A stretch of 64,000 nt of DNA from an uncultured Rothia sp. (GCF_963555405.1 NZ_CAUVVO010000010.1:23213-87212); one strand, 5' to 3'; positions 8,627 through 18,779 are shown, numbered from the stretch's first letter. Made by a program: numbers and translations. Notes: generated by a model from the letters alone, not told the origin.

Positions 8627-9511
8627 ATGGACATCCTCAACTTTCTGGTGGAGCCGCTGACCCTGCCCTTCATGCTCCGCGCATTCGTGGTCACCGTCAT
8701 CGCCGCCGCCGTCTGCGCCCTGCTCTCCTGCTGGCTCGTGCTGCTCGGCTGGTCGCTCATGGGTGACGCAATCTCGCACGCGGTACTGCCCGGCGTGGTG
8801 CTCGCCTACATTTTCGGTGCGCCCTTCGCGGTGGGTGCGGTCATTGCCGCGCTCCTGGCAGTGGCGCTCATCGGCGGGGTACGGCGCAGCGGACGCGTGC
8901 GCGAAGACGCCGCGATCGGCATCGTGTTCACGACCATGTTCGCGTTCGGTCTGGTGCTGATTTCGGTCACGCCGTCGAATACCGACCTGAACCATATCCT
9001 CTTCGGTAACGTACTGGGCGTGTCCTGGTCGGACGTCTGGCAGGTCGCCATCCTCGCGGTGGTGGTTGCCGCCGTGCTGCTGGTCAAGCGCCGCGACTTC
9101 GTGCTGTACGCCTTCGACCCGGGCTTCGCGCAGGCGGTGGGGCTGCGTCCGCGTCTGCTCGGCGCACTGCTGCTCATTATGCTGGCGCTGACCTCCGTGG
9201 TGGCGCTGCAGATCGTGGGTGTGGTGCTGGTCGTGGCAATGCTGGTTATCCCCGGCTCCACGGCGCGCCTCATCACTGACCGGTTCGTGCCGATGCTCGC
9301 GGTGAGCGTGGGTGTATCCCTGGTGGGCACGCTGACTGGCCTGTACGCCAGCTACCACGCGGATGTGTCCCCCGGTGGTGCCGTGGTCGTCACGCAGGGC
9401 ATACTGTTCGCCCTGGCGTACGTGTTCGCCCCGCGCTACGGTCTGCTGGGCAGGATGCGCGCCCGCCGACTCAGCACCGTTGCAGCAGAAGCTGAGCCCT
9501 CAGCTTCCTAA
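8627..9511 (+). CDS. metal ABC transporter permease (ABC-3 family)
   Basis: Polytopic protein with the MGDAISHAVLPGVV motif typical of MntC/ZnuB-type permeases. Abuts the ATPase stop codon. Confidence 0.8.
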   Translation: MDILNFLVEPLTLPFMLRAFVVTVIAAAVCALLSCWLVLLGWSLMGDAISHAVLPGVVLAYIFGAPFAVGAVIAALLAVALIGGVRRSGRVREDAAIGIVFTTMFAFGLVLISVTPSNTDLNHILFGNVLGVSWSDVWQVAILAVVVAAVLLVKRRDFVLYAFDPGFAQAVGLRPRLLGALLLIMLALTSVVALQIVGVVLVVAMLVIPGSTARLITDRFVPMLAVSVGVSLVGTLTGLYASYHADVSPGGAVVVTQGILFALAYVFAPRYGLLGRMRARRLSTVAAEAEPSAS

Positions 9512-9526
9512 AAACTAACTCAATAC

Positions 9527-9572
9527 AGCGCTAGGCGGAGGCCCCATCTGGGACCTCCGCCTAGCGCTTTTT
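9527..9572. terminator. bidirectional terminator between the metal ABC operon and the repressor gene
   Basis: agcgctaggcggagg-N12-cctccgcctagcgct followed by ttttt. Confidence 0.7.
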
Positions 9573-9639
9573 CTGAAATTCTTGGGGTGCGTTCCCGCCC
9601 GGATTACCGGGCTAGAAACCCGCCGCTAACGCCCTGTAT

Positions 9640-10371
9640 CTAACGCACCGTGCGGGACACGAACAAGGAGGCGGTCGCCTCCGCACCCAACGGAATGATG
9701 GTGCCGCCGGGCTTCACCGCGCCCTCCGCGTCCGTCTCGTGCAGGTTGCCGGAACCGGCGCCGACCACGCTCACGTTCACCGCCTCCGAGAAGGGTGCAC
9801 CCTCCTCAATGTGCAGGCGCACGCCGGGCACAAAGCCGTGGCCCTGCAGGTAGCGCAGCAGGCGCGGGTCGTCATCGTTAATGCGTTCGAGCACGACCGT
9901 TTCGCCGGGTTCGCACTGGCTCAGTGGCACAGTCTGCGGAAAACTAATATGCCCCGAAGAGTCCGGGATCGGGTCGCCGTGCGGGTCGCGGGTCGGGTGC
10001 CCCAACAGGGTGTCGATGCGGTCCACCATGAAGTCGGATACCGCGTGCTCCAGAACCTCCGCCTCGTCGTGTACACGGTCCCACGTGTAGCCGAGGGTCT
10101 CCACGAGGAACGTCTCAATGAGGCGGTGGCGGCGAATCATCGCCAGCGCGTAGGAGCGGCCGGTTTCAGTGAGCTCAATAGCGCCGTAGGGCTGATGCTC
10201 GATCAGGTCGGCGGCGGCGAGGCGCTTGAGGCCGTCAGATACCGAAGAAATGCGCAGGCCCATGCGTTCTGCCAGGGCGGATGCGGTGGCAGGGGTTTTG
10301 GTCCATTCTTCGAGGCTCCAGATTTCCTTGAGGTAGTTCTGGGTGCTGACGGAAAGTTCTGAAAGAGGCAT
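9640..10371 (-). CDS. DtxR/IdeR/MntR-family metal-dependent transcriptional repressor
   Basis: N-terminal wHTH TQNYLKEIWSLEE..ASALAERMGLRISSVSDGLKRL, the metal-site region RHRLIETFL..DRVHDEAEVLEH, and a C-terminal FeoA/SH3-like domain. Confidence 0.85.
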   Translation of the reverse strand: MPLSELSVSTQNYLKEIWSLEEWTKTPATASALAERMGLRISSVSDGLKRLAAADLIEHQPYGAIELTETGRSYALAMIRRHRLIETFLVETLGYTWDRVHDEAEVLEHAVSDFMVDRIDTLLGHPTRDPHGDPIPDSSGHISFPQTVPLSQCEPGETVVLERINDDDPRLLRYLQGHGFVPGVRLHIEEGAPFSEAVNVSVVGAGSGNLHETDAEGAVKPGGTIIPLGAEATASLFVSRTVR

Positions 10372-10590
10372 AAAGATAAGTTTACCTTTTCTCTGGTTTT
10401 GCCCGTCGAGCTACAGGGTATTCAGCGCGGGCTTAAAAAGCGTCCCGCCCGGATAGTTCACCCCTGGCAGGGGGCGACCATCACGGGCGGGATCAGGTGT
10501 TCGGTTCCGCGCCGGCAGGTACAGAAGGCTGGCAGGTACCAGGTACGAAAGGCTGGCAGGCGCGAAAGAATGAGGGATGCGCGGCGGCGG

Positions 10591-11274
10591 TTAGGTGGCG
10601 CGGCGGCGCGAACGGTCAATACGGGTCAGCAGTTCGATGAGTGCACCGCGTGCCGCCTGCTCCTCGTGCCAGAGGGAGCGGACGAGGGTGCGGCTGACCG
10701 CCTGGGTGGTGATGCCGAGTGCGGTTGCGGCGGCCTTCTGCTGGCCGCGCACACCGGGTACAAGCAGGTTTACTACGCGCCATTCGGCGTCGGTGCGGTC
10801 GGCGCATACGCGGTAGAGCAGGCGCGCGGAGCCTGCGGCGAGGTCGGCGAGGTGGCGGTTATCGGCGCTGACGCTGATGCAGCGTACGGGTGCGCCTCCC
10901 TGTGCTTCTTCGACGGCGAGGCGTGAGAATTCGAGGGCGTCGCCGGTGCAGTCGGTGGTGCTGACGGCGCCGAGTGCGCCTGCGAATCGGGGGATGTTGA
11001 GCTCGCCGATTCCGATGCCGACCCAGAAGCCGTTATCGCGCGCGGCAATGAGCGCCGCGTGCAGTGCGTCGCTGGCGCGGTCGAAGGCGCCCTGAATTTC
11101 GTCAGGGTACGTCTGGGCGAAGGCAACACGCGGGTTGAGCTTTGCGAGTTCGTCCGACAGTGCAGTGAGTGAGTGCTGTGCGGAACGTTGAATAAAGGTT
11201 AGAACGAACACCTTCCTATTATGCCGTAAAACCTTCAACAAGCGGCGTAAGGTTCGCCGTAATACCGGCAACAT
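10591..11274 (-). CDS. hypothetical protein with C-terminal HTH (possibly SatD-like)
   Basis: C-terminal GQQKAAATALGITTQAVSRTLVRS looks like an HTH. The SatD assignment is only a recollection of family features. Confidence 0.35.
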   Translation of the reverse strand: MLPVLRRTLRRLLKVLRHNRKVFVLTFIQRSAQHSLTALSDELAKLNPRVAFAQTYPDEIQGAFDRASDALHAALIAARDNGFWVGIGIGELNIPRFAGALGAVSTTDCTGDALEFSRLAVEEAQGGAPVRCISVSADNRHLADLAAGSARLLYRVCADRTDAEWRVVNLLVPGVRGQQKAAATALGITTQAVSRTLVRSLWHEEQAARGALIELLTRIDRSRRRAT

Positions 11275-11358
11275 TTAAACCCCTAAAAATACGCATTGAT
11301 AAGGGGAATTATCGTGAGCGTGCACTGTGTGCAGAAATCCTCGAAAGGACGTAGAACA

Positions 11359-11416
11359 CCCCCGAAAGGAAAATAATTTTCATGCAAGTGCACGTTGAAT
11401 TATTCGCTTTCGGGGG
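11359..11416 (-). terminator. long hairpin downstream of the MFS gene
   Basis: cccccgaaag ... ctttcggggg outer stem with an inner aataatt/aattatt pairing. No clear U-tract. Confidence 0.35.
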
Positions 11417-11452
11417 CGTTGAGTGGAGTTGATAGACGGGGCTACCGCGGAA

Positions 11453-12694
11453 CTACTGTGCGTTCGTTACCTGCGAGATATGCGGCAGCTGACGCAGCGG
11501 CTTCTGGAATACCATCACCACCAGCGACAGGAAAATGAACACCGCGTAGAACAGTGCCGTGTACGTAATACCCCAATCAACAATGAGGAAACCAGCCAGC
11601 AGAACAGCCAGCGGGGTCAGCGCCATGTTCGGGATGCCCTGCACCGAGTGCACGCGACCGATCATGTGCTCCGGGGTGGATGCGTTAATGTACGCAATGA
11701 TGCTCGAATTGAAGGAGGGGAGCACAATACCCGCCAGCACAATCAGCAGGCAGACCGCCCACAGCATCGAATGAACCACCGGCAGCAGCAGGTAGCACGC
11801 CGACATGATGGCAAGTGAGGTAATACCGAGCGGGCCGAGCGCAAATTTCTCGGTCAGCGGGCCGACCAGGAACGAGCCGAGTAGCACGCCCACGCCGAAG
11901 GCGCTCGCAAAGATGCCGATGAAGAGCGGGTGTGCGCCCTCCAGGGTGTAGTAGTAGATGAAGGTGAGCGGAATACCGACCGTTCCAAAGTTCGCAAGCG
12001 TTGAAACGAACGCGATGGACACCAGCACCTTGTTCTTCAGGATGTACTCGAAACCGGCTTTTGAGTCCTGCCAGAAGCTGGTTTTCTCTCCTTCTTCCTC
12101 TTCTGCGGGCTGCCGACTAGCACCGTAGCTCTTGGGTGCGACGATGAATGCCAACAGGTTAACGACCGCATGAACGGCGGTCATGAGCACGGTCGAGAAA
12201 CCGATAATAATGCCCGCGACCGGGCCGCCCAGCAGGTTGGCGGTGGACTCGCGCGTCTCACCCATGCCGGAGGCGTACCCCAGGTGTTCCTTGGGGACCA
12301 CGCGGGTGATGATGGACTGTTCACTCGGGTAGTCGAAGGTAGAAATAATGGCGGCGAGAGAAATCGTGATCACCAAAACGTAAATATTGGTGACGTTGAA
12401 AACGAGGTAGAGAAGAATCGCCACCCAGGACAGTGACTGGCCAATACAGGACAGCGCCAGGCACTTTGAGGGGCCGATTCTATCAACCCACGTTCCGGAT
12501 ATTGCCCCGGCGCAGGTGGCAAGAACACCCGCAACGAAGAGGGTGATGCTCGCGGCCTCGGGGGAGCCGGTCAGCGCCAAAATAATGATGGGCGTGGTGA
12601 TATAGCTCATCGAGTCTGAGAGCTGGTTGGCTCCAATGGCGAAAAGAGTATTTCGAAAATCTCTATTCTTGAGTAGCTCGGTGTTGACACTCAT
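11453..12694 (-). CDS. MFS transporter
   Basis: 413 aa with about 12 hydrophobic segments. The N-terminus KNRDFRNTLFAIGANQLSDSM is typical of MFS_3/EntS-like efflux proteins. Confidence 0.75.
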   Translation of the reverse strand: MSVNTELLKNRDFRNTLFAIGANQLSDSMSYITTPIIILALTGSPEAASITLFVAGVLATCAGAISGTWVDRIGPSKCLALSCIGQSLSWVAILLYLVFNVTNIYVLVITISLAAIISTFDYPSEQSIITRVVPKEHLGYASGMGETRESTANLLGGPVAGIIIGFSTVLMTAVHAVVNLLAFIVAPKSYGASRQPAEEEEGEKTSFWQDSKAGFEYILKNKVLVSIAFVSTLANFGTVGIPLTFIYYYTLEGAHPLFIGIFASAFGVGVLLGSFLVGPLTEKFALGPLGITSLAIMSACYLLLPVVHSMLWAVCLLIVLAGIVLPSFNSSIIAYINASTPEHMIGRVHSVQGIPNMALTPLAVLLAGFLIVDWGITYTALFYAVFIFLSLVVMVFQKPLRQLPHISQVTNAQ

Positions 12695-12974
12695 GGGGGA
12701 CCTCCACGATGGGGTTTATGGTGTCGCGCGGTGTGCAATCCGTCGTGCGTAGTTTGTCGTGCGCAATTGTATGAGTGAATCTTGACAGTCGGCTGTGCCC
12801 GCCTGTTTCTGCTTGTGCTCGCCGGTCATGATGGGGTGGTTGAGGATGCACGGAGCGGCTCATCGGGAGCCACCCCCCCCGCACAAATAGTGTGTCGCGC
12901 GATACTTTAGATTCTATGAGAGATGTGAATCATATGCATGAAGTCACGTCGAAAAACTTTCCCCATTTTGAGTA

Positions 12975-13002
12975 TTGACATTAGGGTTAGGGTGACTATA
13001 AT
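12975..13002 (+). promoter_or_regulatory. orphan near-consensus sigma70/SigA-type promoter
   Basis: TTGACA (12975-12980), 16-nt spacer, TATAAT (12997-13002). No plus-strand ORF lies downstream, and it points into the 3' end of the minus-strand helicase gene. Confidence 0.4.
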
Positions 13003-13158
13003 TCAGTCTTGGTGCTTCCTCCCGGTTAAGCCCTGACTGAACCCGGCTGAGCCCGAATCAGGGCACGCCAAAGACACCCGCTACCAGGCTCCGCCAGACC
13101 CCGCAACGCAGCGAGCGGGGGAGTGTAGAAGAGCGCAAAATAAGGGCTACACTAGGCG

Positions 13159-16100
13159 CTACTCCACCAGACCCGCGAAACCCGACAGAGCCAGCACCTC
13201 CTCAACATCCTGCGGCACCGAGCGTGCCACCCACGGCGAATGCACCAACACCGCCCGCCACTGGCCACGCGACACCGCCACATTCAAACGATTCGGCGAG
13301 AGCACAAACCCCGCACCGCGCCCGGAATCAACCCGCGACGATGCCAACGACACCAACACCACCGCAGCCTCCTGACCCTGGAACTTATCCACCGTGCCCA
13401 CACGCACGCCAGCACCCGAAGAATCCGCCAAACCAGCTGCAATCAGCGCCTCACGCACACAATCAACCTGCGCGTTATACGCCGCCACCACAATGCAATC
13501 CTCAGCCGCCAGCGGGCGCGGCTCAGCACCAGCCGCCGGAACCCACTCACTGCCCAACAACTCACGCACGCAATCCACCACCGCCTGCGCCTCCTGCACA
13601 GAACGCACCGAACAGCCCGAATGCTCCACCGGATACGACACCACACCCGGCTCAACACCCCGCATGGTGCGACCAGCCGTCGCCGCAGCGCTCGCCAACG
13701 CGTCATCATAAGACAGCCACGAAACCCGCTCGCACAACGCCGAATCCATACGCCACGACTCACCCAAGAAATAGCCAAAACGAGGATCCAGCGCCGCCGC
13801 CCCGTCAGATAACCAGCCCAGTGCCGAAACATCCACCGGGTACGGGTGCACACCCGTCGACACCTGCGGCAACTGCTGCGGATCGCCCAGCAACAGCACC
13901 GAACGCGCCGCACGAGCCGCCGCCACCGTATTCGTCAACGAGAACTGGCCCGCCTCGTCAACCACCAGCACATCCAGCGACCCGGCGGGCACGCGACGCT
14001 CACTCACGTAATCCCACACCGTGCCGCCAAAGAGCAGACCGCCCTCACCGGAAATCAGCTCGCCCAGCGCGGAATCAGACACCTCAGACCACGGGGCGTC
14101 CGGAGTCACCGACTTGCCGCGCAGACGCACCGCACGCGAAACATCAAAACCATCACGGGCGCAGCACGCCAGCATGAGATTCTCAATCACCGCATGCGAC
14201 TGAGCGACCACGCCCACCTTCGCACCCTCCGCCACCAGACGCGCAATCACATGCGAAGCGAGGAAAGTCTTACCCGCACCGGGAGGGCCCTGAACCGCCA
14301 CATAGGAGTGGTCGAGAGCGCGAACCGCCGCGTGTACGGCATCCACCGCGGGCAGGTCAGAGCCGGGAAAATCAACCTCACGGGGTAGATTTTCTGCATT
14401 TTTAGCGTTTGCGGCGCTCTTTTTGAGGCGCGGGGTGCGGCGGAACAGCAGGTCCGCGGAGGCGCTCTCCACACCCGTCAGCGAAGCCGCCGCATCGAGT
14501 ACGCTCGGCAGGGCGCGGGACGAGGCGGGAGCACAGGAAGCGTCATCGGATACGGGGAGGTCAGGCATGAGGGCACCGTTGAAAAGCAGCCCGTGCACAT
14601 CGGACTGCAGAGCCGCCTCAATCGTCGCCGTAGATACCGGATCGCCAGGACCAATACCCGAAGGCAGGGCGCGGTGCGGATCATCCTTCACGCGGATGCG
14701 CTCCTGCAGAAGCACCTCCAGGAACTCGCTGGTCGACTCTTCGGCAACCTCTTCGGGGGCTTCGGAGTCCGCAGAATTCTCGGATCCGGCACCGAAACCG
14801 CCCTGCGCCACCGCCAGCACACGCATGCCAAAGAAGCCCGTCGCCGCCAGCTCGGCGGGCACACGCTCACCCGGATTCGACGCACGGAAATAATTCAGCT
14901 GCGACTCCATACGGTCCAGCGCAATCTGCGGGCTCAACCTAGCCTCATACGCACAAAAAACCGCATGATCCGACGGCGCAATCACCAGGCTCGGGTCAGC
15001 CTCAATTCGCGCACGCAACAGACGCACCTGCGCGCCGCGCACACGATACCAGCCGGGGGCGTCCGGCACCTCGGCGGGCTCCTTCATGGCGGCGGCAAGC
15101 GCCTCCAGGTCGGCGGGGGCGTTCAGAAGAGCATGCGCATGCTCCGCCGAGAGCACCTGCACCCGGCCAAGGTGCGCGTAATCGCGACTCGCCACCCACG
15201 CCGTCGGGCCGTCCTCCAGGCGGCGAATATGCTCACGCCAGAACGGGGCACGCTCGCGGCGGTGATAGTTCGTCATGGACAGCAGCATCGCCGCCTCCAG
15301 CTCGCCGGCACCCCAGCCGTGCTCCGCCGCGTGCTCCTCCAGGGAGGCGAGCTGGGCATCCAGCAGGCACTGCAGGCGGTACTGTTCGCTGTCGTTCTCC
15401 ACGGCGGCGGGCACCCGGTACATGACCGGATGCTCCTCAGTTTCCGTATTCTCGGCGGTATCTTCGGCAGTGTCTTCGGTGACGAGTTCCGGGGCTTCGG
15501 TCTCAAGGGCAAGGGAAGCCGCCGCGTTCAGGCACGCCGGGCACTCGTCGCAGGTCAGAAAATGCGGGATGCGCTCGGCAAGTTCCGCCGGTTCCGCGCC
15601 CTCGCTCAGCGCCTGGGTGAGCAACACGAGGCGCTGCTCCTGCAGGCGAATCAGCGGCAGAATACGCACCGAATCAACCCGGTGAGGTTGACTAGTCGGG
15701 GAGTGGTGCTCGGTGGGCTCCGATTCAGACTCTGCGCCGTACTCCTCCGCGCCGTGCTCCAGGTGAAGGTCAAGGCGCGCGGCATTCTCGGTGTTCTCTG
15801 TGCTCTCGGTGGCGCCGCCGGTTAGCAGGTGCGCCGCCAGGGCACCGCGCAATAGCGCCCGATGCGCCGCCTCACCCAGGTGCAGGGTGCAGATGATTCG
15901 CGCGGTATCGCCCTCGGCGGTGCTGTTCTCGGGTGCGCCGTTCATGACTGCGTACTCTAGGCGGTCGAGTTCCACCGTGTAGGTCAGTCCCGCCGCGGAG
16001 GTCGCCACCAGGGCCACCGGGCGCGCCTTACTACCTGCCCGCTCACCGGTGATCACCCCACCCTCGGTTAGCACTCGCAGGCACTCGCGGTACGCCTCAC

Positions 16101-16218
16101 GGGCGCGCTCAGTCGGGCGCACAGTCTGCTTCTGTGCACGTTCCTGAAGCTCTACGTAGAGCCGCAGCTCGCAGGCGGAGGTTGCGGTCAGATCAGCGAG
16201 GGTGAAGGTAAGGTCCAT
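13159..16218 (-). CDS. SF1 (DNA2/NAM7-type AAA_11/AAA_12) helicase with a long N-terminal region, possibly a degenerate RecB/Cas4-like nuclease
   Basis: Walker A VQGPPGAGKTF, Walker B VLVVDEAGQ, then LLGDPQQLPQV and VDKFQGQEAAVVLVSL. The N-terminus has an early Cys (TATSACELRLY) plus a CDECPAC cluster. Confidence 0.7.
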   Translation of the reverse strand: MDLTFTLADLTATSACELRLYVELQERAQKQTVRPTERAREAYRECLRVLTEGGVITGERAGSKARPVALVATSAAGLTYTVELDRLEYAVMNGAPENSTAEGDTARIICTLHLGEAAHRALLRGALAAHLLTGGATESTENTENAARLDLHLEHGAEEYGAESESEPTEHHSPTSQPHRVDSVRILPLIRLQEQRLVLLTQALSEGAEPAELAERIPHFLTCDECPACLNAAASLALETEAPELVTEDTAEDTAENTETEEHPVMYRVPAAVENDSEQYRLQCLLDAQLASLEEHAAEHGWGAGELEAAMLLSMTNYHRRERAPFWREHIRRLEDGPTAWVASRDYAHLGRVQVLSAEHAHALLNAPADLEALAAAMKEPAEVPDAPGWYRVRGAQVRLLRARIEADPSLVIAPSDHAVFCAYEARLSPQIALDRMESQLNYFRASNPGERVPAELAATGFFGMRVLAVAQGGFGAGSENSADSEAPEEVAEESTSEFLEVLLQERIRVKDDPHRALPSGIGPGDPVSTATIEAALQSDVHGLLFNGALMPDLPVSDDASCAPASSRALPSVLDAAASLTGVESASADLLFRRTPRLKKSAANAKNAENLPREVDFPGSDLPAVDAVHAAVRALDHSYVAVQGPPGAGKTFLASHVIARLVAEGAKVGVVAQSHAVIENLMLACCARDGFDVSRAVRLRGKSVTPDAPWSEVSDSALGELISGEGGLLFGGTVWDYVSERRVPAGSLDVLVVDEAGQFSLTNTVAAARAARSVLLLGDPQQLPQVSTGVHPYPVDVSALGWLSDGAAALDPRFGYFLGESWRMDSALCERVSWLSYDDALASAAATAGRTMRGVEPGVVSYPVEHSGCSVRSVQEAQAVVDCVRELLGSEWVPAAGAEPRPLAAEDCIVVAAYNAQVDCVREALIAAGLADSSGAGVRVGTVDKFQGQEAAVVLVSLASSRVDSGRGAGFVLSPNRLNVAVSRGQWRAVLVHSPWVARSVPQDVEEVLALSGFAGLVE

Positions 16219-16335
16219 GGTGACTTTTCTGCTGGAGGAGAGAGAAACAGGGCGGGTGTGAAACCTCGCCGTAGGGAGTGGGTACGAGCCCCGGTTGAGA
16301 GGTGTGAGCGCCCCGCGCCACCCCTCGTCCCGAGA

Positions 16336-16379
16336 GGTTGATTTTCAGGTTTCACGTGAAACACTACAGAAAATCAACC
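16336..16379. promoter_or_regulatory. compound inverted repeat (operator or dacB terminator) upstream of the helicase gene
   Basis: Outer arms ggttgattttc / gaaaatcaacc enclose the perfect 14-bp palindrome gtttcacgtgaaac (16349-16362). Confidence 0.4.
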
Positions 16380-16426
16380 TACACGGGATGATTTAGAGGG
16401 CTTTCGGGGCTATTCGGGCACACATG

Positions 16427-17974
16427 CTAGGAGGCTGCACCCGCCGCAGTAGTAGAAACTGCCGCCTCCGAAGCAGGTGCCGAAGTCCCCGCAGAAGCAC
16501 TCGGCGCGCTCGAACGGTTCGCGATTGCCGCCGCGGCAGCATCCACGCGTTCCTTCGCGGCGGGCAGCGCATCCGAGCCGCCCAGGTCGTTCAGAATAAT
16601 TGCGAAAATCAGGCGGGTGCCGTCGGGTCGGGTCGCCACACCGCACAGGGAAGACACCGTGTAGAGAGTGCCGGTCTTCGCCTGCACGAAAGTGCGCGCG
16701 TGCACGGCGTTCGCCGCACCAAAACGGTCGGTCAGGGTGCCGCTAACACCCGCCACGGGGAAGGTCTGCATGAGCTGTTCGGCGTGCTCGTCGGCGTTCA
16801 TGAGCGCCACAACCTGCACGAGGGTTCGGGCGGTCACGCGGTCGGTCAGGGACATGCCGCATACGTCCGCCTGCACCAGGTTTTCAATGTTCACGCCGGC
16901 ATCCACGAGCGCCTGGCGTACGGTCTGCTGTGCCGCTTCGCCGCTGCCTTCCTTACCGGCGGCAATGGCGGCGCAACGGCCGAGCACCTCAGCCAGCGCG
17001 TTATCGGATTCGAGCATCATGTGCTGCGCCTGCTCAAGCAGGGTTGCCGATTCGACCGCGGCAATTTCAACTGCTTCCGCGGGGGCGGTGCGGCGCTCCG
17101 CGAGGGTGAAGCTCAGACCGGATTCCTTGCCAGCGGTGTTGAGCGCATCCACGAACGCCTGCTGGGCGGCAACCGCCGCATCATCCGGGCGTACCGGGTT
17201 GCTTGCGGTCGACTTGCCCGGCACCGTGTGCGATTCGAGGGCAATTGGGTGAATGGGCGTGATCTGGCCGGACGCCACGTCGGCGTCTTCCCAGCCGGGG
17301 TTCACGCCGGGGCCGGTGAAGAAGGTGCCGTCCAGGTACACGGGCAGCGCGGCGGTCGGCTTTTCACCCTCGTTCAGCGCCTTAACGGTCTGTTCGGCGA
17401 GGGTGGTTAGGCCTGCGCGTCCCACAATCTGCTTCGGGTTGGAGGCGCCCGCACCGAGCAGGGTGTCGCCGCCCGCCATGAGGTACAGTCCGGCGGCGTC
17501 GCGGGTTACGCGGGTGCGCAGGCGCGCCTGCAGGTTCGCGTAGCGGTTGAGTGCGAACAGGGTCAGGATTTTGAACGTGGAGGCGGGCACGCGCGCGGTG
17601 TCGGCGTTGGCGGCGTACAGGTCGGCGGGTGCGGTGGTTGCCTTGATCCTGGGTAGGTTGCCGTCCATGCCGGTGACGAGCAGGCTGTACTGCGGGTAGG
17701 TGCCGTCTGCGAAGAGCGCGGTGAGGGCGTTGCGTAGCTGCTCCTGTTCGGCCTCGGGCAGCGCGGGTGCGAGGGTCGGGGTGGCGCTCGGGGTTGCGGA
17801 GGCGGTCGCCTCGGCGGTGCCGGACGCGCTGCCGCTGGGGCTTGCGGAACCTTCGGGGCGTTTCTGTTCGGTTGCGGCGGATCCGCAGGCGGTGAGGAGG
17901 AGCATGCCGCCGAGGGTGAGGGCGGCGCGGCGGGTGAGGGTGGTGGTCTGGGTGTTGTGCTTGTTGGAAGGCAT
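16427..17974 (-). CDS. dacB: D-alanyl-D-alanine carboxypeptidase/endopeptidase (PBP4, peptidase S13) lipoprotein
   Basis: SxxK (ASTFKILT), SxN (ESDNALAE) and KTG (AKTGTL) motifs. Lipobox LLLTACGS follows the Met at 17974. Confidence 0.85.
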   Translation of the reverse strand: MPSNKHNTQTTTLTRRAALTLGGMLLLTACGSAATEQKRPEGSASPSGSASGTAEATASATPSATPTLAPALPEAEQEQLRNALTALFADGTYPQYSLLVTGMDGNLPRIKATTAPADLYAANADTARVPASTFKILTLFALNRYANLQARLRTRVTRDAAGLYLMAGGDTLLGAGASNPKQIVGRAGLTTLAEQTVKALNEGEKPTAALPVYLDGTFFTGPGVNPGWEDADVASGQITPIHPIALESHTVPGKSTASNPVRPDDAAVAAQQAFVDALNTAGKESGLSFTLAERRTAPAEAVEIAAVESATLLEQAQHMMLESDNALAEVLGRCAAIAAGKEGSGEAAQQTVRQALVDAGVNIENLVQADVCGMSLTDRVTARTLVQVVALMNADEHAEQLMQTFPVAGVSGTLTDRFGAANAVHARTFVQAKTGTLYTVSSLCGVATRPDGTRLIFAIILNDLGGSDALPAAKERVDAAAAAIANRSSAPSASAGTSAPASEAAVSTTAAGAAS

Positions 17975-18293
17975 CTTTTGAGCATAGCGGGCGGATGGGG
18001 TGCCTATCGAATTTACGCGCCGATGCTGGAACGTTCCTCCCGCGCTCCTCCCGCCCTTCACGAACCCCTATCTGCCCTGCCTGGCACACCGGCGGGTCGC
18101 GCTGGCGGGCGCGGGACTAGGCGGAACGTTAACAGTGGTGTGAGCGTGGTAAATTACGCTGGTTTTGGCGCCGAATACGCGGTTTCGGTGTGCGTGAACG
18201 GGTTACAATGGGTGAGTTCAACACCTAACTTTCGCACCTTGCGCGCCGAAGTCGCCGCGAAAGTGACTCTAACTCACGAGAAAGAAGGTTCCG

Positions 18294-18779
18294 ATGGAAC
18301 TCGACGTCACTATTGAAATTCCCCGCGGCTCCCGCGTGAAGTACGAAGTGGACCACGAGACCGGCCGCCTGCGCCTGGACCGCGTGCTGTTCACCTCCAT
18401 GCAGTACCCCACCGCTTACGGCTACTTCGAGAACACCCTGGGTGAGGACGGCGACCCGCTGGACGCAATGCTGATTCTGGACGTTGACGTTGTTCCCGGC
18501 GTGCTGGTTGAGGCTCGCCCGGTCGCAGTGTTCAACATGACCGATGAGGCTGGCGGCGACGCTAAGGTTCTGTGCGTTCCCACCGACAAGCGTTACGACC
18601 ACATCAAGTCCCTGGCTGATGTTCCGGAGCAGCTGAAGGCTGAGATTCAGCACTTCTTCGAGCGTTACAAGGACCTGGAGCCCGGCAAGTGGGTTAAGGG
18701 CGAGGGCTGGGAAGACCTGGCTGCTGCTGAGAAGATGGTCCAGGAGGCTATCGACCGTTTCGCAGCTGAGGGTCACTAA
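18294..18779 (+). CDS. ppa: inorganic pyrophosphatase
   Basis: [50 protein letters not shown] is the family I PPase signature. Confidence 0.95.
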   Translation: MELDVTIEIPRGSRVKYEVDHETGRLRLDRVLFTSMQYPTAYGYFENTLGEDGDPLDAMLILDVDVVPGVLVEARPVAVFNMTDEAGGDAKVLCVPTDKRYDHIKSLADVPEQLKAEIQHFFERYKDLEPGKWVKGEGWEDLAAAEKMVQEAIDRFAAEGH

